A stretch of 64,000 nt of DNA from Vitrella brassicaformis CCMP3155. Taxonomy: Eukaryota > Protista > Chromerida. The DNA lies in the NCBI GenBank assembly GCA_001179505.1, contig CDMY01000243.1:1-64000 (forward strand), read 5' to 3'. The notes beneath the pieces were generated by a model. That model had not been told where the DNA came from, searched no databases, and saw only the letters and a program-made list of their open reading frames with translations. Positions within the stretch are counted from its first letter, which is position 1. Every line of letters starts with the position of its first letter. The position numbers and the translations under genes are program-made. Positions 21,849 through 34,700 of the stretch are shown here, one piece after another.

Positions 21849-24592
21849 TTATGTCAAAAGGGTCTCGTAGGATATATAGGGACACGGTTCAACCAAACGG
21901 ATATCGCCATAGACGGTCGGCTGCAGGCCACGAAGCAGAAAGGGGATGATGTAGGGTGTAAGTGAACATGCAAAGAGGGTGCACGCGGCAAACAAGGTGA
22001 ACAGTCTGCATTTCTTTACACCAGGCTCATCCTCGCTTAAACAAATAGGCAGGTTGTGCAGCCACACTGCCACCTAGACACATAAGATACACACACGAAT
22101 AGGAGGTACAGCCTGTGTGGAATGTCCCATGTGTCTCCCTCCCTTCTCCCTCTCACTAGCCAGGACTCGGACCCACCATGAACAGGACGACTTCGCATGC
22201 CATCTCGATGGTGACCAGGAGACACAGCCTGCCCGGCCTCTCGAACAGCCGGGACAGCGAGGGAGACAGCAGCTGCTCCATCAACATCAACGACAGATTG
22301 ATGAAAATGAGAACCAGGCTCTCGGCTTGGTTGTAGGCATGGGTTTGGTCCGCCAACGCGCGAAGGTACCTCGGACGGACGTCATAGGCCATGAAATTGC
22401 TCTGCAGATCGACCACGGACGTCACGGATGATAGACCGCTTGTTGTCGACCGCATGCGGCCTGCCCGCATCACACTCTGATAGATCTCACTCGACGATCG
22501 CCGCGGCTCTCCTTTGCCCGCACGGCTCTTGGATGCTCCAGTACTAATTGTTTTGCTGCTGCCGGACTCAGCAACGTGCTGCAAGCAGCCTTTAACCGCC
22601 TTGCAGGCCCCTGTCTTGTGTGCCGGCTTGGCTGATTGGTTGTCAGTTGTCACGTGTCCGTGTGAGCATTCGGATGATCTTGGCGTGGAGTATGTCAGCA
22701 TAGGGCACCGCCAGATCGCCAAGGAGATCGTAGAGGGCGAACAAGAAAGACGATATGATCTTGCTGCTAAGATTCACCATCTTCGTCTGCAAAAACATGC
22801 GGCGGATAAAAAGATAAAGACCAGCACAAAAACGTGATGCACACTGATATGTCATCCGGCTGCGTGACCTGTAGGAGCCGAGGCACGACGAGCGAGCCGA
22901 GACACTGACAACCACACTTTCGTGAGATGAAAAATCTTTCTCTCTTTATGTATATGCGACGCGTACAAGGTAGTAAATGACGCTGTAATTGTAGAGCGGC
23001 GGCCCATCTTTCATCTTTCGCACACTCCCATTCACCACGGCCACCAACGGCCAACAGGCCAGGAGACATGCGAACGCCACTCGGGCCCTCTCGGTGTCTG
23101 TCGCCGCCCTCTCACCTCTCGGAAGGAATATAGCAACCCAGAAAAATTGGCCAATCACCGAAATACTTAGAATGAACATCATTTGCAGTACGTACGGCCA
23201 TCGCCTCTTAACCACACTGGGCATGTCTCTTGTTGCTTGCCAGAATAGCCCAAATGGCGTCAGGATCCCCTCGCCCACATGTCCCAGTCTGTAGGTGACA
23301 GACGTGACGAAACAGGAAACATGCATTTGTTCTCAGCCTCAATGCTCTCAAGCTGCCTCCTTGCGTGTCTCACTTACGACAAAAACATGAGGGCATACGG
23401 CCGAAGTCGACGCTCCATGTAGAAAGCGTTGAATGCAAAATGGCATACTGCAACCGTCGTGCATCCATCCATCCATCCATCCATTCGTGGTCGTCATTCC
23501 TTCTTGTGTGTATGGATGTGTGTGCAGGAATGTGCGTGCACCTATAGGCAGCACGAAATGGTGCCACGTTCTCTGGAACCGGCGAAATAATCTCTCAAGG
23601 CGGTGTCCCTCAACCATCGCGAAGTACCATACGGTGAGGGATAAAGAGGCAATAAAAAGCCTTACGTAGTCTACCATGATCCGTAATGCTTTTGCCTTAG
23701 ATTCGCACGTTCGCCAAAGGGCGATCGGCAAGGGTATCTGTGCATGTGTACAAGAAGCGATGAATCGCACCCCTTCCATCCGTCTTCTTCCTGGAAAGTA
23801 TAGCCCACCATCGACAACGCCAAGACAGTGGCATACAGCACTTGTAGCATGACCACACGCACCACTCGCCGCAATGACCGCATGAATGGCTCAGGCGTAA
23901 ACCGAGTGCCGACCAGCACTTCCCGCAGGTGAATTGTCTCTCCGTCATCCGCTACGGTTTTCTGCTCATAGACCAGGTGCGATTCGAATTCCTCAAAGGC
24001 CGCCGGGTACCCTGCACATCGGTGCAGCCAAGCAGAGGACTCACCAGGTTTGTACTGTTACCACATAAGTGCTGTGTGCGAGAGCTCGTTCCTGTGGCTC
24101 ACCGGCAGCCTTCTCGAACTCCGTCTTCATCGCCTGGATGGCCATCTCCTCGGCCCTTTGCGGCCCCGGCCCCCCCTCCTCGGAGATGTCCGGAAGAGTG
24201 AAGGTCGACTGTGACATTGCATGATGGCTGGGCCTTCTGAAAGCATCATCGTTAACATGGACGCTCGCCGCCTCTCCTTGTCGGAGGTCAAGGTCCAGGA
24301 GGCAGTCGCTGCTCTGAATCTCCTGGCTGAGAGCACGGCCCTTCTCGGCGATGAGCTCTTGGGGCCTCCCTTGGTCCTCATGTAACCGCGTCGCGGATGT
24401 GTTCTCGCAGCTGGGGCCGACGGAGGTGTGCATGTCCTGCCGGAGAGCACATTGGCGCCGCCCCTCACCCCTGTCGGCTGGCTGCGACCGCCCCTCTGAG
24501 TCAAAGTTGCTGGGGCTGACTCTGGGGCTGGTACTGTCACCGTCTGTCGGAAGTGGAAGGACCATGGTAGTGGAACTCATCTCAGACATCAT
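21849..24592 (-). CDS. Multi-pass membrane protein, tandem paralog B (start approximate)
   Basis: Same motif series as paralog A, in the same orientation and with more introns; ends YISYETLLT*. Confidence 0.75.
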
Positions 24593-25288
24593 AATGGGAG
24601 AGAACGGGAAAGGGGTGCGACTGCAAGGCAAGCTCGCGCCCTCCCCACACAAGTGCGTTCCTCTGCAATCACTCACTCATGCGTGTTGCTCGCTGTTTCT
24701 GCGTGTGATTGATCCGATGGACACACACACACCACTGCATGGCCCATGCATGCGTCTGTCTGTGTCTCTGACTGACAAAAACACCGCACAACTTTGTACC
24801 TGCAGCAAGTACTCAGTGTCAGTCTGTACGTCTGTCTGTATTCACGTGTGTTATACGCAATATGTATATCTGTACATACACACACATGTATATATATGTA
24901 TATATACGCATGTGTGTGCACCGTACGTATACGTGTGTACGCGTATGCGTATGTGTGAGTGTCCACATGTTTCCACGTAAGGTAGCGAGTGGAGCGCCCA
25001 TCTGTGGACATGGTCCCTGGTCGCCAGGAAGTATACTGGAGTACAATAGTGGAGACGGTAAGACTGCACAAAAGAGCAAACACCACAACCAAGGCGTGCA
25101 CCGTGCTGCACACATGTCAAAACAGCCCCTCAGGTGTGTGTGGTGCCGGTGAAAAAAACGCGTACGCATGCATAGACTAAACATCACTATAACTATTACA
25201 AAATCCCATCTCTCCGCTGCACACACACACGGCTCCCCAGACTAAGTCCCCCTTGGTGCTGCGTGCTGCCGTTGGCGCGCACGGAACT

Positions 25289-27430
25289 CTAGTTGGCTGA
25301 CAGATAGACACACACACACGCACATGGGCCGCCCACCCGACCTTTTTGCGGATCGGTGCGTGTCCTGCTCTGCTCTGCTCTGCTCTGCTCTGCTGGACAT
25401 ACCCTTGAGCGTGTTCATGAGACTGAACCAGGCGGGCTTCTTGTTGAACTTGGCGTCGTAGATGAAGGGATGGTCCTCTGATGAGACACACACAGGCAGG
25501 CACGCAGGCAGGCAGGGGTGAATGGATGAGTGTTGGTGCATGTGCTGTGCCATCAGTGGCGGTTTGCTGGCTCGAGGTCTGTCCTTACTGGGCCGCCATG
25601 TCCATCTGTCCGACACGCCCCACGTGACGAACGCCGTGCAGTTGGGGGCCTTCATGCATACGCGAAGCATGCCAGCGAAGATTTTGGCCTGCACACGCGC
25701 AGAGACACAGGCAACCAAGAGAGATCAAACTAATACGGGCGGTGTTTGAGTGTGTGCTCCCACCTGCTGCTCCCGCTTCTTCTGGTTCCACCCCTGGCAG
25801 AACTGCCACTTGCCCTTGACAGGCCGGCCGCACGTCACGTCAACCTCAGTCAGCTGGACCTGCACGCGCAAGGGCACCCACCAACAGCCACACGAGACAA
25901 AGGGAGGCACAGGGGCTGTGTGGTGTCTCTCATCGCGTGTGTGGGAATGCACTCGCCTCCAATCCCATCTGGCCGAGCCGCTTGAAGTTCTGCGCCACGC
26001 CATTGTAGTCTGCGTGACCAACAGCATCGCACAACACACACACAGATATCAGGTCTCCTGGTCTATGCTGGTCCGTGTGGAGTGAGAACCGCTCCAGTCG
26101 AGGGAGAGATGACTGAGAAAACAAGAGCAAGCAAGCAAGCAGGAAATCGTGTGCGGGGATGTTGTCCTGTGATGTGTGCGGCTGCTCACGCCTGAAAGCC
26201 AACGCCGTCAATGGGGGCACCCCTGAGAAGAAACGAATACGGCACACACAGGCCACCATCCATACGCGCGCGCGTGTGTGTGTGCATATCATGTGAGTCG
26301 CCTCACCGTGCCCGCAGCTGCTTGACAATGTGAAATATGGCGTCGGCCTTGCCCTTCATCCAGCCCCGGGAGCTCTCGGCGCCGAAGTCGTTGTAGAAGA
26401 GGCGGGCGGGCTTCTTGAGGCGGCTGGCCTCGTTCTTGGCCACGCGATGCAGCACCTCCAGGTGGTCGGGGAACTTCTTGTACAGCATGCTCTTGCGCCA
26501 CTTGGGGTTCTTCGCAGGGCTCTTCTGGGTTTGCTGAGACGAAGGAAGCCACACAGACAAATGGAGGAGCGGATGGACGGATGGATGGTGCATGGGCGTG
26601 TGGGGTGTGTGTGTGTGTGCAGGTGGGTACCTCCAGGGCCTCGTTGGCTACGTCCCACGACTGCACGCGTGGCTGGGCGTATCGCTTGATGGCGTCCTTG
26701 GTGAACTTGATGAACAAGTCGCGGAACTGTTTCTGCGGCAGCGCGTTGACCCAGCCGGGTGTGGACGAGTACCAGGCGATGGCGTGGTAGCGATAGTACT
26801 GCCCCTCCTTCTTGGCCAGGTCCAGCAGCGCGTCGCACTCCTTCCAGTCGTAACCCTTATTCTTGACCCTGATCAGTCCAACAAAGAGGGGCAAAGCGGT
26901 GGTGAGATGTGCGTGTTGGAAGTGGATGGATGTGCATGTGTACTTCATGATCTTTCTCATCTTGCACTCAGACTTGGCCTGCAGGGCACCACACACACGG
27001 CAGATGGATTGATGGATTCACAAGGATCCATCCATTGTGTAAAATGCGATTACACCCGCACCCACACTTACATCCATCCATCCATCGACCCGCCCACGTA
27101 CCACAATCATGTTGAACTCTCGTCTGGTGATGTCCCTGTATTGCTTGAAGTCGTTCTGGTTGTAGATAGACACCGCACAGCCGAAGAAGAGGTTCTTGCC
27201 CCACGCTATGTGCCGAAAGGTCCCCGGTTGGCCCCTGCGGACGGCCTTCTTGGGAAACACGCTCTTCCAGTTGCTCACCTGGAGAAAAGGGGAGAACAAG
27301 ACCATGGCGTGGACGCATTCGTCTGATGCATCGGATCTTTGCTCACCTTGTTGATTCGGGGCACTTGGGCAATGCCGCGGTCAGGCAGCAGCGCCGTCAG
27401 AAGGGCGAGGACCACACATAGATTCCACAT
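25289..27430 (-). CDS. Secreted glycoside hydrolase family 10 (endo-1,4-beta-xylanase-like)
   Basis: Signal peptide MWNLCVVLALLTALLPDRGIA; REFNMIV, YHAIAW, acid/base WDVANE, LFYNDF, IDGVGFQAH, nucleophile VQLTEVDV, VTWGVSDRWTW, FIYDAKFNKKPAW. One intron is GC-AG (25860-25956). Confidence 0.93.
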
Positions 27431-27924
27431 GGTGATCTCGACCCGTACTACTGCCCCCTGAGCCAACCCCTCTCTCAGCTGGTCCACAAAGAGCTGATGA
27501 CAGGGGGAAGGAGAGGGCGAAGTTTACAGCTTCCTCAAAAGCTCGCAGAAATCTGGGCTAGAGTTGCGTGCGAGATCAAGGTGAAACACACACACGCGCA
27601 CGCAGATCCGGTAGAACAGGGTGGATTTCATGTATGCAGCATGCACTCGTACTCGGCACAGTTCAACAGAGAGTCTGCACATTCAGTCACGACCTTACAA
27701 ACCAACACAGGCGCACACCCCATGACGTCCCCCGCGGCCCCTCCATTACATACGAGAAACAGGCGGCAGCCCGACAGGCCACCGCCAACTAAGTCGGTTG
27801 ATTCTCTGTGTACTGTGCACGGTCGTTGGACGCCGAAAAAGAACCAAACCACATGCGGTGCGCATGTGTAGGTGCGTGTATCAGAAAGTGCGGCAGCGCC
27901 TGGAGGCCCAGCCATTCATTCCAT

Positions 27925-29750
27925 TCATCGCTGGGCCTCCAGGCGCCTGGGTATGTTCCGCAGGGACGTCAGAACCTCAGCAGACTTCTGGAGCAATCCC
28001 AACAACTCAGCCTCCCTGAACCGGACAGCAACAACAACAGACCGACAGCACGGCACACCAATCACAGGCAGCAATATCGCTGTCTTCCTCTCTCTGCCCA
28101 TCTTTTCCCGCCCCGATCTAATCTACACACCTGGCCACATCCAGCGGTTCATTGCCACTCTGGGGCTCCTGACACAGGCTCTGAGAATACCTGAGACGCA
28201 CAGACACCAATATGTAAGCAGTCCCGTGCGCCATCCATCCATCCATCCGTCGGTGCAGGCCGTGTCTTGTCTTCCCTGCTCCTCCCTCCTTCCCTCGCTC
28301 ACTTGAACATGCGGTTGAGTAAGATCTCCTCTGAGTATCTCATGGTGGCCTCAAAGCGACTGTTGAGGTCACTCCGCCTCCTCGGGTCCTCCCCGCCCCC
28401 ACCGCCCTCAGGCCCCTCGCCGTCTGACGCAGCCGGCTCGATCCTCTCCCGCTGGTGGTGATGGTAGTGGTGGTGATGGTGCGCACCATTGTGGGCGTGC
28501 TCGTTGCGCGCACTCACTGACGGGTCTGCCGCCACTCGCTCCGCATCAGCAGAAGGGAGGAAGGTGCTCTGCCCCGGGCGAGAGAGGGCAAGTCTGAGGG
28601 GAATGACCTGCGACGAGGCGTTGCTGGCGGTGTTGCCGTCCTCAGTGGTGGCGGCGTCGGCCATGATGGCCATCATCTGGTTGCTTCGTGCGCCCCTCTC
28701 CCTCTCCCTCTCCCTGCCCACTGGCTCCTCACGAAGAGAAGAGTGGGGGAGGTGAGGGTGGGCGAACAGGTCGCTGTTGCTGAGGTTGCTGTTGGAGTAG
28801 TGGTGGTCGGGTGGCATGTTGGCGTGTGCGTTGGGCGGGTTGGCGGGCTGAGGGGTGGGCAGCGAGGTGGGGCTGCCGCCGTCGTTGTCGGCGTCATCAC
28901 TGGAGAGGGATGCGCCGCCGGCCAGGGGAGGGGGAGGAGAGGGATCGCATGAATTGCGACCAGGAAGGGGATGTTGGAATGGCAACACCTCTGGAATATC
29001 TGCAATCACACACACCACACAAGGCGACCAGCAGATCTGATGAAGATCCATGCAATGCTCTCTTCTTCTTCTTCAGCAGCAGCAGCAGCAGCAGCTCACT
29101 TGAACGAATGTGGTTTGGGGTCTCTTCCACCTCAGCATCTTGCTGGCCGTCGTCGGGCTGCGACCCGCTTTCGCCTCCACTATCAACACCAGCCATGCCT
29201 CTCATCCTCGCGCCTCCCCCAGCCGACTGCTGAGGTTGGCTGAACGCGTGTGTGGGGGTCTCAGGGGTGCCAAGAGAGCCCTCCCGCTGCCGCCCGTCAG
29301 CACAGGACGACGCTGGTCGTGGCTCGGCAGCAAACGGGTCTGCGTCATTCTCATTGAGGCTTGACGGGTGTGTCTGGGAGAGGGGCGAGTGGGAAGAGTT
29401 GGTCTCGCCGCGGTTGTCGATATCCATGGTGTCTGAGTAGACGGCACTGCACGACGGACAGACCTTGCGTCCCTCTCGGTCTTGCATCAGAGGCACATTG
29501 CCGCCATCCTGCAACCACGGAGCGAGAGAAAGAGGGAGTGGGAGCAGGCACAGAGATATGTGGAGTGCAGATCTGGTGGTGTTGGTGTGGCATCTCTCCC
29601 TTCTGGCCGTACTGTACTGTACCTTCTGGCAGGTTTGCTCCAGATGGACAGCCTTTCATTTTCTACATTCGACAGCTCATCCATGCCAGTGCCCTCCAGC
29701 GTTTCCTCGCCATAAGCCATCCTCTTCTCCTCAACTCCTCTGGGGATCGC
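27925..29750 (-). CDS. SSSCA1/ZNRD2-like protein (Auto_anti-p27 Zn-ribbon-like), 5' end unresolved
   Basis: LEQTCQK/DGGNVPLMQDREGRKVCPSC resembles the SSSCA1 ribbon. A long disordered middle is followed by spliced C-terminal helices ILLNRMFK/YSQSL.../EAELLGLLQKSAEVLTSLR, similar in pattern to the SSSCA1 C-terminus. Confidence 0.55.
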
Positions 29751-30999
29751 AAAGACACAAGCTCGCAAGCTCGCAAACACACCTCCGCATTTCTGAGGCT
29801 TCCGACGCGCTTCAAGCAACATGGTAGGACTTGGGAGGCGAGGGAGAACAGAGATCTTTGTCAGAAAAGTTGTTGCGAGGCTCTGACGTGACATCCTTCT
29901 GTGTGTGTGGTGTGTGCGTGGCGTACAGGAGCAACCGAAGCTGGCGAAGGTTGAGAAGGTGCTTGGACGAACGGGCTCGCGAGGCGGTGTCATCCAAGTC
30001 CGAGTCCAGGTCAGTTCCTTCACACCCATTCAGCGCGGCCGACGGAGGATCCGCGTCCGCTTGTCGCCTCTGTGTGTGCCAGTTTATGGGCGACAACGAG
30101 CTGCAGGGCCGCTCCCTCATCCGGAACGTCAAGGGTCCTGTGAGGGAAGGTAGGCAACACCACACGAGGCGATGCAGGGAATCGTATGGACTCGCTGTGA
30201 AAGAGATGTCTGTCTGGGCGTGTATGTTTGCAGGCGATATCTTGGCCTTGCTCGAGACTGAGCGTGAGGCGAGGAGGCTCCGCTGAGGGGCGGCGTGGTG
30301 GAGCCGCACCCCTCTCACGGCTCCTGCCCATGCGCCGTGTGTTGGGCGTGATGTGATGTGGGTGCGGGTCGGTGCTTTCGTGGGCTGGCTTTCGTGTGTG
30401 GAGGTGGACATGGATGCCGTGATGGATGGACTTTAACCACTACTGCGTGGGACTCTGCGTGTTTGTGTGAATGCGCCCTACCTCTTGTGACCGACACAGA
30501 ACAACATGTGGTCAGTCAGTGTCTTATCCATCTCATGTGGTGTGCACGTCCCTGCCTTAAATCCACGAGTGGCAATCCATCCCGCCCACCAGTCGCAGAG
30601 TTTAATGGTTCTTGCACATCGAGAGGGTGCACTTCCATACACACAAGTCGTTCGGGTGAGTTGTGCGCCGAATGACTGACGACTGACTTACGCCCAAGGA
30701 ACACACGCCCTCACAGACATGACATGACATGACATGCACGGTGTCTATCCATCATCACATGTATGTAATGATCGCATCACAGCGCCCACCCGCGACGCCC
30801 CCCCCGCCCCCAAAAGTGCGAACAAAACTGTGTCTGTTGGTCAGTATGCAGCTGCCAGAAGGCAGGGCACAGACAAAGAGAGACAGAGAGAGACGAGGGA
30901 AGAGGGAGAGAGGCAGTCACAAGAGTGAGTCAGTGAGCGAGTGAGCGAGTGAGTCTTCATACTTAGACGGAGAAAAATGATATACATAGTCAGTCACAG

Positions 31000-31614
31000 T
31001 CAGTATGCCAGATGGATAGCTGGTGCAATGGATAGACAGACGTCGCTGTGGTGGATGGATGGATGAGTGATCGAGTCAGTCGAGGGACCACCGAACCGAA
31101 AACAGCCAGCCAACGCAGAGCGATACACAGACGAGACAGAGAGAATGGATGCAGAAGTGGCGGGCATGCACGCACCCATAATACGCCCCCGTGCATTCCT
31201 GTCAATCTCAATGAATGGTGTCTTTTCGTTATCCCTGTGAAGAGAAGGACGGCATATGTATGTATGTGGAATGGTGCAATGTGACGAGCAGTGTGTGTGA
31301 ACGTGTGCCTGCGTGCATATAAATGGCCACACACAATCAGAAGGCCAATGCATCCGGGTTCTAGAAAGCCGACACGCACATCGCCATCCTCGTATCGTAT
31401 CGCATCACAATTCCATCCGCCCCTCTCCGTGCGCACCAACTGAATTGAAGACAAATACGTCTCCCTCCCTCCCTGCCTGCCTGCCTGCCTGCCTGCGGCG
31501 TGTGCAGCCACTCACATCATGATGCATCGCGCCAACCGCCAAGCCAAAGAAAACCAGCGAGGAAAAAAAGGCCAATACATACGACACGACAAAGTTTCTT
31601 TTCCAATCCGTCAT
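31000..31614 (-). CDS. Small hypothetical membrane or secreted protein (3' exons uncertain)
   Basis: MTDWKRNFVVSYVLAFFSSLVFFGLAVGAMHHD is spliced in phase 0 to LVRTERGGWNCDAIRYEDGDVRVGFLEPGCIGLLI. Confidence 0.35.
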
Positions 31615-31774
31615 TCATTCGTTCATTAATGGTACGTTAGGGGCAGCTGTCGGTCCAGCCTCACCCACCCCACCCACATTACACAATGAATACAACAACA
31701 CACACAAATGCCCTCACACAATGGCCGCCCTCTCATCCCATCCATCAGTCAGTCCTTGTCAAGAAGCTAGCCCG

Positions 31775-34700
31775 CTAGCCCGTCTCCCTGTTCGGCTGCT
31801 GTTGCTGCTGTTGGGCGTGGGGTGTTCGGCTTCCCGCTGCTGCCTGCACGTGTGCAAAGGGATCAGTGAGAACAGCCGCTGGACCCTCACTACTCGGGGG
31901 CTGCTGCTGCTGCTGCTGATGCTGCTGAACGAGAGATGGTGGCTGTGGGGGCGGGGGCACAGATGGAGGAGGGGAGGCATGCTGCCGTGAGGGAGGCTTG
32001 GGGGAGCCAGTGTGCGGCACCACCCCACGCTGCTGTTGCTGTTCTCTCTCTAGAGGTGGGGTCCTCTCTCTTCCTGTGTCTTGTTGCGACAGCAGGGGAT
32101 GCCGCGTCACACTTCCCACCTCCAGCACATTCGGCGTCGACACACTGTTCGGAAGAGGCGGAATGCTGCTCTCGGGGGGCCGCCGCTGCGCCAGGGCCTG
32201 ATCACTGACGGGCAAAGGACCTGCTCCAGCAGCTGGCCCAGCAATGGAGACGGGAGGCGATGGGCGCACAGGTGACCCCGACAGTGGTGGGACCTCGGCT
32301 GCAGACGACGCAACGGGAGCGCCAGCAGCCGCCGCAGATGATAATGGCGGGAGATGCCCAAAAGACCGGCTGTTGTGCTGCCCCTTGTGCGCGGACGTCA
32401 TTGGTGGATGGATACCTGGCCGAGCGTCCGCCGTAGTGTGGCCGGGCGTTGCTGAGGCACTGAGCCCAGAGGGACTCCTGCTATCCTCCGACGACATTCC
32501 GGGGGCGTTCTGTTGCCAAACCAGCAACTGGAAAGCCGCGGGGGGCACAGATGGACCCATCACCTGGTTGTGTGGCTGCGGGCTGCCTGGGCTGGTCGCG
32601 GGTGCCGCTGGCGCTGCCTCAGGGGTCACAGTGTCACCTTGCTGACCATGTGGACGGTTTTCGCTGGCCCTGTGGACGTCTGTCGGCGCTGTCTGCTGAT
32701 GTCTCATCGATGGATGTGTCGATGCAGGAGGGGTCTGCGCCAGTGGCGGAAGTGCGGGTGGCGGTACGGGCATGGCCTGGGCTGTCATGGATGCCTCGGG
32801 AGATGACGCCGCCGATGGCCTCAGAGTCGACTCGCCCGATGAGGACCCCGACGGTCGCACCACTGGAAAGGGATTCACGCCCGGCAGCCGGTCCTCAGGC
32901 TGCCTCTGGACAGTAGGGGTCAGCACGTGTCCTCCCCTCCCGCTGCCCGGCACAATCTCAGGGGATCCTGTCGTTCCGGTACCGGCGCCGCCTGCACTCA
33001 CTGCTGCAGCCGATGGTCTCTCCTCGGGGCTGTCCTCCTGCCACAGCCTGTCCGGCACGGTCCTCTCTGGCCGGATGAGAGGTGATGGCACATCTGGTGC
33101 TGGCTCGGCAGCTGGCTCCTCATGCGACGCAACAGACGTCCGGTCCTCGCGAGGTCGGCCGGGAGGGACGAGCTGGGAGGAAGCAGACGGATGGTGCGTG
33201 TTGGTCCTGCTGTGGTCCTCATCTATAAGGCAAGGGCCCCGCGCCGCTTGAGGTGGCTGGGGAGGGAACGTGACACCGACGGGCACACGCGGGACAGCGA
33301 CAGGAGGCAGCCGTGCGTCGATCTGGGAAGAGGGGTAGGCCGCCGGAGGCCCCGCCGATGCAGCTGCTGTGTGGCCGGCGAGACTGTGCTGCTGCACTGG
33401 AACATGTTGGCTGTGTTGTTGTTGTTGTTGCTGCTGCTGCACCGGGATTTGGTCCAGAGGGGCCATGTGTTCTCTCTCGGTAGAAGAATGGTGCAGCGAA
33501 TGGTGGTGGACGTCTCGCCGAACACCAATCCCGCCCCCTGTCCCAGCGCTTGCCATCGCGCCGTGACCTCCCATCAGATGCGCGAGAGGCTGCGACCGAG
33601 AGCGGGAGTTCTGTGACTGCATCCAAGCCGGGGATGGCCCTGCCGCATCGTCGAGCAGCTCTGATGCCAGCGGCACGCGCTCGATAGGTCGCTCCTGATG
33701 GGCTGCAGCGAACGAGACGGACGGCGAGGCCTTGTGCGGCGACCTTTCGGGGGTGCGCGGGCCTTGATGAGGTGCATAGCTTCCTTGCTGTGCCATCGAT
33801 AGCGGTGCCTGCAATCAGAGAGACAGCATACACGACAAGCGATATGAGTCGCTCAGTGTTGTTTTCACGCACCTGAGGCCCCGCGTCAGCCTGGACTGCC
33901 TTGTTCTCGCCCGGACTTGATGCTGACGACACCGGCATGGTGCTGGCCGGGTGATGTGCGGGGTAGTGGCCACCCTGACCCGTGGTGGTCGTAGAATGAG
34001 ACGGGTACTCATATGGCTGCTGCTGGGGGATCGCCTGATGTGGGGCATGCGGCTGTGCAGCAGCAGCAGCAGCAGCAGCAGCGGCAGGAGCCGAGACGTG
34101 GTGGTAGCCCCCGACACTTGATTGTATAGACGAGGTGGCCTCTGGAGATCCTCTTTTCTCGAGGTCGTACCCGAAGTGCTGTCTCCCCGCCGCTGATGCC
34201 GCATGCTGGTTCGGTGGGACCCCGTGCATGACCTCTGGCGCTCTGGAAGGCAGACCTTGCTGCTGCCTGAACTCCTCTTGCCTCATCATCTCGCGTCGTC
34301 TCAATTCCTCCTGCTGCCTTCGCTGCTCCTCCTCGAGGCGATTCCTCTCCTCATCCAACCGCGTGTCGGCCGATGGGAAGTGGATCTCTGGATGCGCCGC
34401 ATGCTCGTGCTGAGGCGGGTGCGCCATTGTGGGGTCCGAAATCCCGTGTGGCGGGACACTCTGTGGCGGCAGAGTGTGCGCTCTGACGCCTTCCTGCCGC
34501 TGTGGGCGCGGTGCAGGTGGCTGAGAGCGGGGAGGGGACCGACCGAAGGAAGCAGGAATCGTGGCTGGAGGGGGGAAGTACCCGGCCTCAACATCACTCC
34601 CCCCGCGGCGAGGCGGCAGGTCGTCCCTACTGGGAGCAGGCCCTTGGGCAGAGTGCACTCTCCTGTTTTCAGGAGAAGGAATGGCATCAGGGAAAAGGTC

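Noticed and set aside
18839-24592. Assignment of the membrane paralogs to insect GR/OR-like 7TM ion channels
   Set aside because: No TM7 TYxxxxxQF-type motif recognised; cannot be supported without a structure search.
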